Numbered from the stretch's first letter, positions 1-9,409 are shown. The stretch is 11,816 nucleotides of DNA from Candidatus Acetothermia bacterium (GCA_046543235.1 JBKGZT010000042.1:1-11816), one strand, 5' to 3'. Made by a program: numbers and translations. Notes: generated from the letters alone by a model not told the origin.

Positions 1-1
1 T

Positions 2-1228
2 TTACTCATACCTCAGCGCCTCCACCGGCTGAAGCTTCGATGCCTGGCGGGCGGGGAGAACCCCCGAAATCGAACCGAGGACAAAGGAAAACGCGATCGC
101 GCCAATCAGCAGCCACGGACCGAAAGAGGGAACAAAAGGCGCCTCCAGCGCCTGACCGATGAATCTGCTTGCCAGAAGGCTCAGTCCGACACCGACAGCT
201 GTACCAATTGAGCCGCCGACAAGGCCGAGCAACCCTGACTCCGTCAGGAACAACCCCAGGATCTGCCCGTTCTTGGCGCCAACGGCCTTCATAACTCCTA
301 TTTCCCTCGTTCTCTCAAGAACTGCGGTATACATAGTGTTCATCACCCCTATTCCACCAACTAACAGGGATATCGCGGCGATACCGGCCAGCGCGATCTG
401 AATCGTTCCCAGGGCGCTGTTGACCCGATTACTTATTTCCTCGGTGGTGATGGTCGACGAGGCGGTATCTACCTGAGAATAGGCTTTCTCTATTTCGTCG
501 GCGACCTCGGCTACCTCGACGTCCTCGAATACCTCGGCAAGTATCAGAGAGGCCTTGCCCTCGTCTCCATATAACGCTTCAAGCGATGAAAGCGGGACGA
601 ATAGCCCGTTGTCCAGATCTCCGTAGAAGTTGAACTGGCCACCGTCTCCGCCGTCTTCGGTGCCCAGGATACCGCTTACTGTAAATTCTTGGCCTTCTAT
701 TTCTATCGTTTCACCTGCGGTTACCCCCAGCTCTCCTGCCACTTCGGGTCCAAGTACGGCCTCTTTCGCGTCCCCGTCGTAGGAAAAACGCTCGCCGTCG
801 GCTATCGGGAATCCGTCGAAATAGTCTTCGAAATCCGAAAGCACGGAAGGACTCATGCCCGAAACCCGCAAAAAAGCCTGCCCTTCAAGGCCCTCGGAAA
901 CGACCTGGAGGTCCTCGCTCCGAATTGCCGCGGAGACCTTAACCCCGTCAACTTCGTCCATAACGCTTCTATCCAGGTAGGAGCTGGTATCGGCACCCGA
1001 GTTGCCGAAACCGCCTCGCCGGGTATCGAAGTTTCCCGGCAGGACGGTGACGGTATTGTAGCCGACTTTTTCGAACTCCCTCAGGATCGAGTCCTGAATC
1101 CCCTGACCGATCGATATTAACGTAACAATAGCCGTGACCCCAATTACGACACCGAGGATGGTCAACCAGGAACGGAGGCTCCTGTTTCTGATCGAATGCC
1201 AGGATAGGTTAAGGTAGTCGAGTAACAT
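2..1228 (-). CDS. ABC transporter permease, MacB/FtsX (SalY) family
   Basis: N-terminal 'RSWLTILGVVIGV' TM helix and a large extracytoplasmic domain. The C-terminal FtsX domain has 'SLLVGGIGVMNTMYTAVLERTREIGVMKAVGA' and ends 'PVEALRYE'. ATG at 1228 overlaps the upstream TGA (TGATG) and has GGAGG upstream. Stop TAA at 2-4. Confidence 0.95.
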   Translation of the reverse strand: MLLDYLNLSWHSIRNRSLRSWLTILGVVIGVTAIVTLISIGQGIQDSILREFEKVGYNTVTVLPGNFDTRRGGFGNSGADTSSYLDRSVMDEVDGVKVSAAIRSEDLQVVSEGLEGQAFLRVSGMSPSVLSDFEDYFDGFPIADGERFSYDGDAKEAVLGPEVAGELGVTAGETIEIEGQEFTVSGILGTEDGGDGGQFNFYGDLDNGLFVPLSSLEALYGDEGKASLILAEVFEDVEVAEVADEIEKAYSQVDTASSTITTEEISNRVNSALGTIQIALAGIAAISLLVGGIGVMNTMYTAVLERTREIGVMKAVGAKNGQILGLFLTESGLLGLVGGSIGTAVGVGLSLLASRFIGQALEAPFVPSFGPWLLIGAIAFSFVLGSISGVLPARQASKLQPVEALRYE

Positions 1229-1929
1229 CAACTATCCCCTCCGTTGTCCTCCCGGTCCCTAATTTTACCGTCGATCATATTCACTATCCTGTCGGCGTAT
1301 TCGGCATCCCGCGGGTTGTGAGTGACCACGACGATCGTCATGCCCTTATCCCTGTTTAAACCCTTAATTAACTCCATGATATCTTCGCCGGTATCCGAAT
1401 CCAGGTTGCCCGTCGGCTCGTCCGCAAGCAGAATATCGGGGTCGTTTACCAGCGCCCGAGCGATGGAGACACGCTGCTGCTCCCCGCCGGACAGTTCGGC
1501 CGGCTTGTGGCCCAGCCTATCCCCGAGCCCGACCATCTCCAGCAGTTCGGCGGCCCTATCTTCCCTGTCGGACTTGCTTACTCCGTGGAAGGTAAGGGGC
1601 AACGCCACGTTTTCGAGGCTGCTCAGGGTATGAATCAGGTTGAAGGTCTGGAATACGAACCCGACTTTGTTGCCGCGTAAATTTGCCAGTTCGTTCTCGT
1701 CGTACTCCGATATGTCGGTACCGTCAAGCAGTACCCGGCCTTCGTCCGGGATGTCGAGCGCCCCGATTATATGCATAAGAGTACTCTTTCCGGAACCGGA
1801 AGGGCCGACTATAGCGACAAACTCCTCCTTGGTTATATTCAGGTCCAGGCCACGCAGAGCTCGAACCTCGGTCTTACCCATCGTATATCCCTTGGCGACG
1901 TTCTGCAGTTCTACCATTATTTCTCCCAT
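1228..1929 (-). CDS. ABC transporter ATP-binding protein, LolD/MacB (SalX) family
   Basis: Walker [11 protein letters not shown]-loop GFVFQ, signature LSGGEQQR, Walker B/D-loop [12 protein letters not shown]-loop VVVTH. An alternative start is the ATG at 1917. Confidence 0.96.
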   Translation of the reverse strand: MGEIMVELQNVAKGYTMGKTEVRALRGLDLNITKEEFVAIVGPSGSGKSTLMHIIGALDIPDEGRVLLDGTDISEYDENELANLRGNKVGFVFQTFNLIHTLSSLENVALPLTFHGVSKSDREDRAAELLEMVGLGDRLGHKPAELSGGEQQRVSIARALVNDPDILLADEPTGNLDSDTGEDIMELIKGLNRDKGMTIVVVTHNPRDAEYADRIVNMIDGKIRDREDNGGDS

Positions 1930-1931
1930 AC

Positions 1932-2573
1932 TTAGGATTGATAGCTATATTCGACCAGTTCGATTCTCGAGTCGACCTCGCCGTCTTCTATGAGCTCAAA
2001 GAAGGCAGGGAAAAGCAACAGGTCCCTCGTATCACGGTCTGCAAAACCAAATCGTGCCCGCTGGTCCGGGTAATTTGAATGTGTAAATGTACCCATTACG
2101 ACCTCCAGCCCGGCGATCGTATCAACGTCTTCGGTAACCAGCCTGCCACCGTCGGGTAATAGGACCCTGTCGTTCGGTTTTATCTCGATGTTTCTGTCGT
2201 CTATCGTGGAGAGGGGGCTCAGGTCCATGCTGACCGAACCCTCTTCGCTGTACTCTGAGCCACCAGCGCTTGCTCCTCCACTTGCCCCAAATGCAGTGGA
2301 AACGTCCTCCCTATCACGGTTGGGACTAATGACCTTTTCGGTAACTTCGTAAGAGTCACCCTGGGGCTCTATCTCTATAGTGTACTCCCGTTCGGGAGCC
2401 TCGCTGTTTGGCTCGCTGATGAGAAAGACCGCTTTTAACTTTCCCCCGGGGTATTCTCCCATGCCAAAAATACCCGCATCCGCGCTCACCTGAATTAAAG
2501 CAACTGCCGTTATAAGGACCAGAGCTACCAGCAACACGCCTGTAGCACTTTTCTCTTTTGTATAAGCTTTCAT
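1932..2573 (-). CDS. Hypothetical exported protein (213 aa) with predicted Sec signal peptide
   Basis: ATG at 2573 is preceded by GGAGGTAACA. Basic n-region MKAYTKEK, hydrophobic h-region GVLLVALVLITAVALI, A-D-A cleavage motif, acidic mature part. The longer ORF call starting at 2678 overlaps padR and is not preferred. Confidence 0.8.
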   Translation of the reverse strand: MKAYTKEKSATGVLLVALVLITAVALIQVSADAGIFGMGEYPGGKLKAVFLISEPNSEAPEREYTIEIEPQGDSYEVTEKVISPNRDREDVSTAFGASGGASAGGSEYSEEGSVSMDLSPLSTIDDRNIEIKPNDRVLLPDGGRLVTEDVDTIAGLEVVMGTFTHSNYPDQRARFGFADRDTRDLLLFPAFFELIEDGEVDSRIELVEYSYQS

Positions 2574-2589
2574 TGTTACCTCCGAATGT

Positions 2590-2982
2590 TTAAACGAAAA
2601 ACTCCTGCTCGATCTCGTCCAGCAGGTTTTCGAACTCCTCTTCGCCGCCCAGGTACCTGTATATATACATAAAGCCAAGGATCCTCTCCTCGGGTTTTAT
2701 ATCCTTGCGGCATCTGTTTCTTAGCTCCTCCAGCTCTTCTCGCCCTTCCTCCGTCAGTCCGTAATACTGCCGGTTGTTATCCTCGCTTTCTTCTACCTCG
2801 ACTTCCTCCAGCAACCCCTCTTCGTTCAGCCTCTCCAGGGCCCCGTAAATGGTGCCCTGTCCAGGCTGCCAGTAGCCACCGGACTCCTTCTCTATCTCCT
2901 TGATCAGCTCGTAACCGTAGCGCGGTTTCTCCTCCACGAAAGAAAGCAACAAGAGACTCATAAACCCTTCAGGATTGCGCAC
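2590..2982 (-). CDS. PadR family transcriptional regulator
   Basis: PadR winged-helix motifs 'PRYGYELIKEIE', 'GTIYGALERLNEEGLL' and 'RQYYGLTEEG'. GTG start with an AAGGAGG RBS. Confidence 0.93.
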   Translation of the reverse strand: MRNPEGFMSLLLLSFVEEKPRYGYELIKEIEKESGGYWQPGQGTIYGALERLNEEGLLEEVEVEESEDNNRQYYGLTEEGREELEELRNRCRKDIKPEERILGFMYIYRYLGGEEEFENLLDEIEQEFFV

Positions 2983-3008
2983 TTTTTCCTCCTTGTCAGT
3001 AATTACAT

Positions 3009-3040
3009 TATTACGTTACGTAATATTACGTTCTGTAAAA
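3009..3040. promoter_or_regulatory. Tandem palindromic operator candidates, probably PadR autoregulation
   Basis: Perfect inverted repeat TATTACGT-T-ACGTAATA (3009-3025) and an imperfect copy TATTACGTTCTGTAAAA (3024-3040). They overlap the predicted -10 box of the padR operon. Confidence 0.7.
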
Positions 3041-3051
3041 GGCGAGGTCAA
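3023..3051 (-). promoter_or_regulatory. Sigma70-type promoter of the padR-ABC operon
   Basis: Minus strand TTGACC (3051-3046), 17-bp spacer, TAATAT (3028-3023). Confidence 0.65.
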
Positions 3052-3083
3052 TGCCGTTCGTTGGAAATTCGATGCTGTTTCCC

Positions 3084-3112
3084 TGGACAAACGATTTTCC
3101 TTTGGCTAGACT
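3084..3112 (+). promoter_or_regulatory. Possible sigma70-type promoter for the HAD-DUF1028 pair
   Basis: TGGACA (3084-3089), 17-bp spacer, TAGACT (3107-3112). Confidence 0.45.
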
Positions 3113-3173
3113 AATAATCTACTGACGACCCAGGGATTGAGTCCTTATTAAGGTTAAACGAGCGGTGATTGCA

Positions 3174-3809
3174 ATGATAAAGACCATCACTTTTGACTTC
3201 GGAGGAGTGCTTTACGATTACGACGGGGAGGGATTGCTCGCGGATCTGGCGTCCCGTTCGGAGAAAAACCCCGGGGAGTTAAGGGAACTGCTCGACGGTT
3301 CCGAACTGGATCGGGCCCATTTCCGAGGCGAGGTAGAGGCAAAGGAGCTTCTGAATATTCTTAAAGAGGAGATTGGGCTGCGGATGACCGAAAAGGAACT
3401 CGCACGAGCCTACGCGGACAACGTAAGTCCAAAGGAGGAGGTCTTCGACCTGGTTCACGATCTGGAAGGAGGCTACAACCTCCAGTTATACTCCGATGCT
3501 CCCAAGATACTTTACGATGAAGTAATGACGGACATGCCGGTTTTCGATAGTTTTTCCGCCGTCACTCTTTCCTTCCGGGTCGGGAAGTTAAAGGACGAAC
3601 CGGACGGTCACCGGGAGGTCATAGAGAAATCCGGTCATGCTCCGGAGGAGATAATTTTTATCGATGACAGGGAGGAATTCGTCCAGCAGGCAAATAAACT
3701 AGGTATAAACGGGATAAAATTTACGGAAATCGACGAACTGATCAAAGATCTTGACCGGCTGGGGGTTAACCCGGACGGAAAGTTCGATCTCAACATCGAG
3801 GAGGGATGA
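3174..3809 (+). CDS. HAD superfamily hydrolase, subfamily IA (YihX-like phosphatase)
   Basis: Motif I 'TFDFGGVL', motif II 'LYSD', motif III Lys in 'GKLKDEP', motif IV 'IIFIDD'. ATG at 3174 is preceded by GGTGAT; GTG at 3165 is an alternative start. Confidence 0.88.
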   Translation: MIKTITFDFGGVLYDYDGEGLLADLASRSEKNPGELRELLDGSELDRAHFRGEVEAKELLNILKEEIGLRMTEKELARAYADNVSPKEEVFDLVHDLEGGYNLQLYSDAPKILYDEVMTDMPVFDSFSAVTLSFRVGKLKDEPDGHREVIEKSGHAPEEIIFIDDREEFVQQANKLGINGIKFTEIDELIKDLDRLGVNPDGKFDLNIEEG

Positions 3810-4696
3810 GAAAAATGAATGTACCGTCCACGTTTTCTATAGTCGCTTTTGACCCCGAAACCGAAGAACTGGGAGTCGCCGTACAGTCCAAGTTCCTGGC
3901 AGCCGGGGCCGTCGTTCCCTGGGCGGAGGCGAAAGTCGGTGCGGTGGCAACACAATCAGCTGCAAACACGACTTACGGCCCCGAGGGATTGGAAATGCTG
4001 AAGAAAGGCGAGGACCCCTCGACCGTCGTAGAAAAACTAACCGACGCCGACGACCAGAAAGGAATCAGGCAGGTCGGAGTGGTCGACACCGAGGGGAACT
4101 CAGCAGCCTTCACCGGCGATGATTGCATCGATTACGCGGGACACCGGAGTGAAGAGAACTTCACATGTCAGGGCAACATCCTCGTCTCCGAAGAGACGAT
4201 TACCTCCATGGCTCAAAGGTTCCGGGAAACCAGCGGGAAAGCCCTTTCGGAGAGGTTGGTGGAAGCCCTGAAAGCGGCCGACGAAGCCGGCGGAGACAAA
4301 CGAGGTAAACAATCAGCGGCCCTCCTGGTAGTCGAAGAGGAAGGAGGGTATGGGGGTTTCAACGACAGAAAGATCGACCTAAGAGTCGACGACAGCCCGA
4401 CTCCGATCGAAAAGCTGGACGAGTTACTTTCGCTGCACCAGCTTTACTTTAGCAAACCTTCGGAGGAGGACCTGGTAGAGCTAAACGAGGACGTCGTCAA
4501 AAAGATCCAGTACCTGATGAACGAACTGGGCTACTATTCGGGCCCCTTAACAGGTGAATACGACGACTCTACGGAGGAATCCTTTCTCGAGTACTGTCGA
4601 ACGGAAAACTTCGAGGAAAAGCTGCGAGACGACGATAAACTGGACTTTAGAATTGTCGAATTCATGGAAGACCAGGCCGCTGAAAATTCTTGCTAA
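3806..4696 (+). CDS. DUF1028 family Ntn-hydrolase-like protein with C-terminal putative peptidoglycan-binding domain
   Basis: Family motifs 'TFSIVAFDP...LGVAVQS...GAVATQS', 'QGNIL', 'AGGDKRGKQSAALLV' and 'DLRVDD'. C-terminal 'ELGYYSGPLTGEYD...TENFEEK' resembles the helical domain found in this family. ATGA overlap with the HAD stop codon. Confidence 0.9.
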   Translation: MRKMNVPSTFSIVAFDPETEELGVAVQSKFLAAGAVVPWAEAKVGAVATQSAANTTYGPEGLEMLKKGEDPSTVVEKLTDADDQKGIRQVGVVDTEGNSAAFTGDDCIDYAGHRSEENFTCQGNILVSEETITSMAQRFRETSGKALSERLVEALKAADEAGGDKRGKQSAALLVVEEEGGYGGFNDRKIDLRVDDSPTPIEKLDELLSLHQLYFSKPSEEDLVELNEDVVKKIQYLMNELGYYSGPLTGEYDDSTEESFLEYCRTENFEEKLRDDDKLDFRIVEFMEDQAAENSC

Positions 4697-4796
4697 ACCG
4701 GAAAGAGCCAAACTCAGCCACCCACCAACCAAGTTTTACTACCGGCTGACCTGGTCTTAATCTTAATTTATTACCGTGGAAAGAATAGAGCTGAAA

Positions 4797-6554
4797 TTAC
4801 TCTTCCCGATCGACCTTTAGCCCTAGTTCCTCCAGCTGGCCCTGCGACACTTCCATCGGGGCACCGGTTAGTGGGGACTGGGCCATCCCGGTCTTCGGAA
4901 AGGCAATTACATCCCTGATGCTGTCCTCGCCCGCCAGAAGCATTACGAGCCGGTCCAGGCCAAGGGCTATGCCACCGTGGGGCGGTGCTCCGTAATTCAG
5001 GGCCTCCAGAAAGAATCCGAACTTCTCCTCCGCTTCCTCCTCGGTAATTCCAAGCACGTCAAATATCCTTTCCTGGAGCCTTCTCTCGTGTATCCTGATA
5101 CTTCCCCCACCGAGTTCAATCCCATTCAGGACTATATCGTAGGCCCTCGCCTCCACGGCCAGCGGTTCTTCCTCCAGCTTGTCCAGATCGTCCTCCTGCG
5201 GCGACGTAAACGGGTGGTGTTCGGAGGTAACTCCTCCGTCTTCCGCCTCGCCAAACAGTGGAAAGCGGGTAACCCAGACGAACTCCCACTCGTCTTCCGG
5301 AACCATTCCGTGTTCATCGGCAAGTTTGAGCCTCAACTGGCCCAGAACATCGTTGGCGGTCTTCCGTGAGTCAGCCACGATAAACAGTAGATCGCCGGGG
5401 TTCGCTCCGAATTGGTCTATGATGGCTTCCTCGGTTTCATCCGAAAGGTGGGAAGTAAACTGGCCATCAAGACCTTCCTCGGTCACGTCCGCCCAGAGCA
5501 ACCCAAGAGCGCCGTGCTTCTTGGCGAAGTCCTCGAGGGAATCCAGCTGTGATCTATTGTAGTCCTTCGGATCTTCCAGACAGAGCCCTTTAACGACGTC
5601 ACCGTCCGCTACGGTTCCCGAAAATATGTTAAAGTCCGAGTCCGCAACGACCTCGGATAGATCGACGAGTTCCAGACCGAACCGGAGGTCCGGACGATCG
5701 GACCCATATTTGTCCATGGCCTCCTCGTAAGGCATCCTGGGCAACGGGAGGTCCAGGTCCAGGCCGAGTTCTTCGTCGAATACCTTCTTGATCATCCCCT
5801 CCGTCACCTCGATGACGTCCTCCTCGTCGACAAAGGACATCTCGAGGTCCAGCTGGGTGAACTCGGGCTGCCTGTCCGCCCGCAGGTCCTCGTCACGGAA
5901 GCACTTGACTATCTGAAAGTACTTCTCGAAGCCGCTAACCATGAAAAGCTGTTTGAAGAGCTGGGGAGACTGGGGCAGCGCATAAAACTTTCCCCTGTGT
6001 AGCCGGGAGGGTACTAGGAAATCACGAGCCCCCTCCGGTGTGCTTTTCGTCAAAACGGGTGTCTCGACCTCCCAGAAACCTTCCTCGTCGAAGTAATCCC
6101 TGATCCGTTTGAAGGTTCGGTGCCTCAGGGCGAAGTTCTCGCTCATTTCGTCCCGCCGCAGATCTAGATAACGGTACTTGAGCCGGGTCCTTTCGTTTAC
6201 TTCCAGGCCGTCGGAGGGAGAAAACGGCAGGTTATCCGCGGAGTTCAGGACCTCCAGTTCCTCCACCTCCAGCTCTATCCGTCCCGTCTCCAGGTCGGGA
6301 TTCACGTTTTCCTCTCCCCTTTCGATTATCGTCCCCTTTGCCCTGACCACGTCCTCGCGGTTCAGGTCACCGGCACGTTCGTGTAGATCCTTTCTATCCG
6401 GCGTAAAGAGCAGCTGGATTATCCCCGTTCTATCTCTCAGGTCGATAAACAACAACCCACCCAGGTCTCGCCGTTTGGTCACCCAGCCGGTAAGGGAAAC
6501 TTCCTCCCCCAGGTTCTCTTTGTTCAATGAGCCACAATAATTATCCCTTAACAA
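4797..6554 (-). CDS. aspS: Aspartate--tRNA ligase, bacterial type
   Basis: OB-fold '[19 protein letters not shown]', '[11 protein letters not shown]', '[14 protein letters not shown]', '[11 protein letters not shown]', motif 2 '[24 protein letters not shown]', GAD insertion, 'HHPFT', motif 3 '[15 protein letters not shown]'. TTG start with GGAGG upstream. Confidence 0.98.
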   Translation of the reverse strand: MLRDNYCGSLNKENLGEEVSLTGWVTKRRDLGGLLFIDLRDRTGIIQLLFTPDRKDLHERAGDLNREDVVRAKGTIIERGEENVNPDLETGRIELEVEELEVLNSADNLPFSPSDGLEVNERTRLKYRYLDLRRDEMSENFALRHRTFKRIRDYFDEEGFWEVETPVLTKSTPEGARDFLVPSRLHRGKFYALPQSPQLFKQLFMVSGFEKYFQIVKCFRDEDLRADRQPEFTQLDLEMSFVDEEDVIEVTEGMIKKVFDEELGLDLDLPLPRMPYEEAMDKYGSDRPDLRFGLELVDLSEVVADSDFNIFSGTVADGDVVKGLCLEDPKDYNRSQLDSLEDFAKKHGALGLLWADVTEEGLDGQFTSHLSDETEEAIIDQFGANPGDLLFIVADSRKTANDVLGQLRLKLADEHGMVPEDEWEFVWVTRFPLFGEAEDGGVTSEHHPFTSPQEDDLDKLEEEPLAVEARAYDIVLNGIELGGGSIRIHERRLQERIFDVLGITEEEAEEKFGFFLEALNYGAPPHGGIALGLDRLVMLLAGEDSIRDVIAFPKTGMAQSPLTGAPMEVSQGQLEELGLKVDREE

Positions 6555-6617
6555 GTAAAATCATCCTCCAAATTCTGGACGTTTCCGATTTTTCACACGG
6601 TTCACACATATTTCGTA

Positions 6618-6646
6618 TTTATAGGGTATCTGACACGGGATAGCAA
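6618..6646 (-). promoter_or_regulatory. Possible sigma70-type promoter for aspS
   Basis: Minus strand TTGCTA (6646-6641), 17-bp spacer, TATAAA (6623-6618). Confidence 0.5.
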
Positions 6647-6693
6647 ACCCCTGGAAGGTCTTTACCGAAAAAGTGGCCGTACCTCCGGTCGGT

Positions 6694-8979
6694 CTATTCT
6701 TCTTCCGACTCCGGCTTGAAGCCGATATCTCCCGACTTTTCCTTGAGGCGCTTCTCGATGTTTTCGTATTTCTGTCTCGTGTTAGAAGTAACCGAGGCAG
6801 GGGTATCGTCTAGGGCCTCAAGGAAGTGGTTCATCTGGACTTGCTGGGAATTGACGTCCTCCCGAAGTGCCAGGCGCCCGGCCTTCTTGCAGACGGCCGC
6901 TATGTCGGCACCGGTGAAGTCATCGGATAGGTCGGCGAGTTTTTCCAGGTCAACCCCGGGCCCCAGACTCATTGGAGCGGTATGGACCTCGAATATCTTC
7001 AGCCGACCTTCTTTATCGGGAACGGGAACGTGGATCAGCTCGTCAAACCTTCCGGGACGCAGCAACGCAGAATCCACCATGTCGGGCCTGTTGGTAGCAC
7101 CTACGACCACTACCCCTTTCAATTCTTCCAGCCCGTCCATCTCCGAAAGGAGCTGATTGACTATCCTCTCGGTCGCCCTTGGTTCACCGGCCCCTCCGCC
7201 CCTTTCCGGAGCCAAGGCGTCGAGTTCGTCCAGGAAGATGATCGCCGGGGAAACCTGTTTTGCCTTGTCGAAGACCTCGGCTATCCGCTGCTCCGATTCT
7301 CCGTACCACTTGGAGAGCAGATCACTCCCCTTGGCGGTAATGAAGTTCGCATTGCTCTCGTTGGCTATTGCCTTGGCCAGCAGCGTCTTACCTGTTCCAG
7401 GCGGACCGTAAAGAAGGACGCCCCGCGGGGGATCTATACCTATTCGCCTGAACGCCTCCGGATTATTTAACGGAAGTTCGACTATCTCCGACATCGTCTG
7501 CTTGACCTCGTCGAGCCCGCCGACGTTATCCCAGCTCACCTGAGGGACGTCCGCCAGTATCTCCCTAAGCGCGCTCGGTTTAATTCCTTTATAGGCCTGG
7601 AACATGTCATCCCTGGTAACCTTGAGATCCTCAAGTACTTCCGAAGGAATGGCCTCTTCCTGAAGATCTATTTCCGGCAACAAGCGACGAAGCGCATTCA
7701 TGGCGGATTCCCGCACCAAAGCCTCGATATCCGAGCCGGTGAACCCATAGGTCAACTCGATGAATTCATCCAGATCGAGGTCCTCCGCCAGAGGCATACC
7801 ACGGGTATGAATCATGAATATTTCCTTTCGACCATCTGTGTCCGGGACGCCGACCATTATTTCACGGTCGAATCTACCCGGTCGCCTCAATGCCTCGTCC
7901 ACTGCGTCTACTCGATTTGTAGCAGCGATCACAACGACGTTTTCGCGGGGTTTCAATCCATCCATCAGGGCTAAAAGCTGGGCTACGACTCTTCGTTCAA
8001 CCTCTCCAGAAGCGTCCTCTCGTTTTACTCCGAGTGAATCAAGTTCGTCGATGAAGATTATGGCGGGGGAGTTCTCGGAAGCTTCCTCAAAGACCTCCCT
8101 GAGTTGTTGCTCCGATTCACCGTAGTACTTGCTCATTATTTCGGGCCCATTTATCGAGGTGAAGTGAGCGTCCGTTTCGTTTGCCACGGCTTTGGCCAGC
8201 AGAGTTTTACCCGTTCCTGGTGGTCCATGGAGTAATACACCTTTGGGCGGGTCTATACCCAGCCTGTCGAAGAGTTCGGGATTTTTCAGCGGAAGTTCGA
8301 CCATTTCCCTGATCTTCTGCAGGATATCATCCAAACCACCTATGTCCTCGTAAGTGACGCCGACGCCGACGCTTTGCTCCCCCTCTTCTACTTCCGTGTA
8401 TTCCGGTTTGAGCTCTATCTGGGTCCTATCCGTGACCTTTACTACCCCACCAGGATTGGTGCTTAGCACCTGCAACCGGATCTCTCCAAGCCCAAAGCTA
8501 CTGGAATCCAGGAAGTCCTGGAAGAAGCTTTCCGTCATCAGATCCGAACCAAACGGGCTCTTGGAGCGCCTTATTGTCGTCGACAATACGTCACCCGTGG
8601 TTAAGGGCCTTCCCCCGAGGACCTTCTTAAGGCTCTGACCGCTTCCCTGAAGCCTCAGGTTATCCGATGCGGGGCCGATGGTGATCCTCTTTGCCTCGCT
8701 GACTTCCGCCCTCCTGACCTTTACGTGGTCCCCGATGCTGGTAGCGGCGTTGTTTCTCATCAGACCATCTATCCTCAAAATATCGAGTCCTTCGTCCTGG
8801 GAGTAGCCTTCAACGGCTATGCCGGCCGTCTTATCGTTTCCCTCAATTTCTATTATGTCTCCCCGGGATATGCCCAGTTCTTTCATGCTATCAGTGCTAA
8901 TCCTGGCTATCCCCTTTCCGAAGTCCTGCTGGTTGGCCCCGGCGACTTTTAGTTCTAGTTCGCTTTTTTTATCAGGCAT
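6694..8979 (-). CDS. cdc48: CDC48/VCP/VAT family AAA+ ATPase (N-D1-D2)
   Basis: N-domain 'GKGIARI...[10 protein letters not shown]' and 'VTYEDIGGL'. Two Walker A motifs GPPGTGKT, Walker B IIFIDELD and IIFLDELD, pore loops SKYYGE and SKWYGE, arginine fingers ALRRPGRFD and [19 protein letters not shown]. Confidence 0.96.
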   Translation of the reverse strand: MPDKKSELELKVAGANQQDFGKGIARISTDSMKELGISRGDIIEIEGNDKTAGIAVEGYSQDEGLDILRIDGLMRNNAATSIGDHVKVRRAEVSEAKRITIGPASDNLRLQGSGQSLKKVLGGRPLTTGDVLSTTIRRSKSPFGSDLMTESFFQDFLDSSSFGLGEIRLQVLSTNPGGVVKVTDRTQIELKPEYTEVEEGEQSVGVGVTYEDIGGLDDILQKIREMVELPLKNPELFDRLGIDPPKGVLLHGPPGTGKTLLAKAVANETDAHFTSINGPEIMSKYYGESEQQLREVFEEASENSPAIIFIDELDSLGVKREDASGEVERRVVAQLLALMDGLKPRENVVVIAATNRVDAVDEALRRPGRFDREIMVGVPDTDGRKEIFMIHTRGMPLAEDLDLDEFIELTYGFTGSDIEALVRESAMNALRRLLPEIDLQEEAIPSEVLEDLKVTRDDMFQAYKGIKPSALREILADVPQVSWDNVGGLDEVKQTMSEIVELPLNNPEAFRRIGIDPPRGVLLYGPPGTGKTLLAKAIANESNANFITAKGSDLLSKWYGESEQRIAEVFDKAKQVSPAIIFLDELDALAPERGGGAGEPRATERIVNQLLSEMDGLEELKGVVVVGATNRPDMVDSALLRPGRFDELIHVPVPDKEGRLKIFEVHTAPMSLGPGVDLEKLADLSDDFTGADIAAVCKKAGRLALREDVNSQQVQMNHFLEALDDTPASVTSNTRQKYENIEKRLKEKSGDIGFKPESEEE

Positions 8980-9053
8980 GATTTCACCTCATCTGATCCA
9001 TTTATCGTATCGTTAAAACTCAGTTTTTCATCCGTAGCTAAACCCTCTAAATG

Positions 9054-9089
9054 TAAAGACGATCATAAAGACGATCATCAAGATTATAA
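9054..9089. repeat. 12-bp tandem direct repeat (2 perfect copies plus 1 degenerate)
   Basis: TAAAGACGATCA (9054-9065), TAAAGACGATCA (9066-9077), TCAAGATTATAA (9078-9089). Confidence 0.8.
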
Positions 9090-9111
9090 TTTTTAACCGT
9101 ATTTCACTCAA
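9083..9111 (-). promoter_or_regulatory. Sigma70-type promoter for cdc48
   Basis: Minus strand TTGAGT (9111-9106), 17-bp spacer, consensus TATAAT (9088-9083). Confidence 0.65.
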
Positions 9112-9409
9112 GTCAACTATATTTTCGGGTCCTCCGGTCCTACAGGAAAACCGGCAGAGACTTTGCCCCACCTCCACCTGCCGGGAAAACCCACAGCACT
9201 TACCGGTTACTCCTCGCTGGAAAGCCAGCGAATCACTCCAGGGCCAGGTATGTGATCGAGCCCGGCCTCGCACCGATGGCTTTTTTCTTGAAAAAGCCAA
9301 ATCAAAAGGTCAAACTCAATGGCCTCCCTAAAACTCATTTTTGGAGGATCGTTTGGTTTAGGGAAGGAATTAGGTTATGATTGGTATCCACGTTCAGGAG
9401 GTGAAAAGG

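Noticed and set aside
159-1993. Plus-strand ORFs 159-401, 689-1120, 1322-1633 and 1640-1993
   Set aside because: Antisense shadows of well-supported ABC genes, with no recognisable motifs.
2574-2678. N-terminal extension of the 248-aa ORF
   Set aside because: It overlaps padR in another frame. A strong RBS and signal peptide support the ATG at 2573.
4697-4796. Terminator between the convergent DUF1028 and aspS genes
   Set aside because: Only a 6-bp TCAGCC/GGCTGA pair with a long loop and no convincing U-tract.
6300-6480. Calling AspRS discriminating from the 'RRDLGG' (Leu rather than His) motif
   Set aside because: The residue is suggestive but not diagnostic across phyla. It needs asnS/gatCAB context, which is not in this window.
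3635-9016. Antisense or alternate-frame ORFs within the HAD, DUF1028, aspS and cdc48 genes
   Set aside because: They lie wholly or largely inside conserved genes, are mostly Ser/Pro/Arg-rich shadow translations, and show no domain signal.
9028-9300. 90-aa minus-strand ORF upstream of cdc48
   Set aside because: No clear RBS, composition unlike the acidic proteome, and it runs through the predicted cdc48 promoter.
9054-9320. CRISPR array, CIRCE or CtsR box upstream of cdc48
   Set aside because: The repeats are 12 bp with no spacers. There is no TTAGCACTC-N9-GAGTGCTAA, and only one good GGTCAAA heptad (9308-9314), without canonical spacing.
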